From Azolla caroliniana (lineage: Eukaryota > Plantae > Polypodiophyta), in the NCBI GenBank assembly GCA_043228905.1, contig JBHGNT010000013.1:14632001-14696000 (forward strand): a stretch of 64,000 nucleotides of DNA. The letters run 5' to 3'. Shown here one piece after another: positions 63,331 through 64,000 of this stretch. The notes under the pieces were generated by a model that saw only the letters and a list, made by a program, of their open reading frames with translations, did no database searches and had not been told where the DNA came from. Position numbers and translations under genes: made by a program. Every line of letters begins with the position of its first letter. The first letter of the stretch is position 1.

Positions 63331-64000
63331 GACTCTCGCGGGTTTCGAACTCTCGACTCCTCGAGTTTGACTCTATTGTTTTCTTCTTCTTTTTGCGTTT
63401 CTTCTTCTTCTTCTTCTTCTTCTTTAAACTTTGAATTCTTCATACAAAGAAGAAAAACAATTCCATAGCATATAAAAGCAGATATACTATGAACATCACC
63501 AAAACATGAACATTTCCTATAGGAAAGCCTCTCGGTTACATAGGACCGACCATCTCATGGATAAACCTCTCCACGAGAAAAAACCGAAAATTGGGTCAAA
63601 TATCATAGTGTGACGTGTGTGTCGATCCCACGTGGGATCGTAACAGTCTTCTGTCTGGTCGGAGATTGACGATGCACATCATAATGGTGCGCATTGTTCC
63701 TAAGATCATAAAGGAGGCACGAATGTTGCTTTGGCTGACTATTTTTATACATAAGCGGGAAATCACAATGCATTCTCAACCCCCCGAGCCATTAACCTTT
63801 GTACGGCAATGCCAATCGAATGTGGCGTTTGCTTTATGTGCTATTGTTGATGGATGGAGCAAGGGCTCACCACCCGAACTAGGGGACCAAGGGAGCTTAT
63901 GTGTGTACTCGCATGCTCTAGGGCTATCTTTGTTTATTTGCCATCGTTGAGGGATGGGTTAGGGGCTCTCCACCCAAACTACAGGTTGAGAAGGGCTTAC

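Noticed and set aside
63609-64000. Possible start of another LTR (TGTGACG...)
   Set aside because: No second copy, PBS or PPT is visible within the window.

Overview
Land-plant nuclear DNA, probably from a fern or another seed-free lineage. That is an inference from unedited C-to-U codons in a plastid ndhF insert. Five intron-containing host genes are present: a CK2 alpha kinase with a transit-peptide-like extension (+), ALB3 (-), MYG1 (+), a BTB/POZ-type protein (-) and an LRR receptor-like protein with no kinase domain (-). They are interleaved with mobile DNA. (1) An intact chromodomain Ty3/gypsy element whose 3' LTR abuts an ndhF NUPT. (2) A 7.7 kb Mutator-like element with TIRs and a 9-bp TSD, carrying a transposase and a zinc-finger/Ulp1-protease gene, inserted in a microsatellite about 340 bp upstream of ALB3. 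(3) A degenerate L1-type LINE with a (GAA)n tail, interrupted by a full-length degenerate Ty1/copia. (4) A MITE, a tRNA-like SINE head and older fragments. The most unusual object is a 334-bp fold-back element at 43302-43635. It is built only from the left end of the gypsy LTR in both orientations, has TG...CA ends and a near-perfect 5-bp TSD, and its LTR TATA box points into the antisense arm. All calls come from reading motifs by eye; no database search was run.
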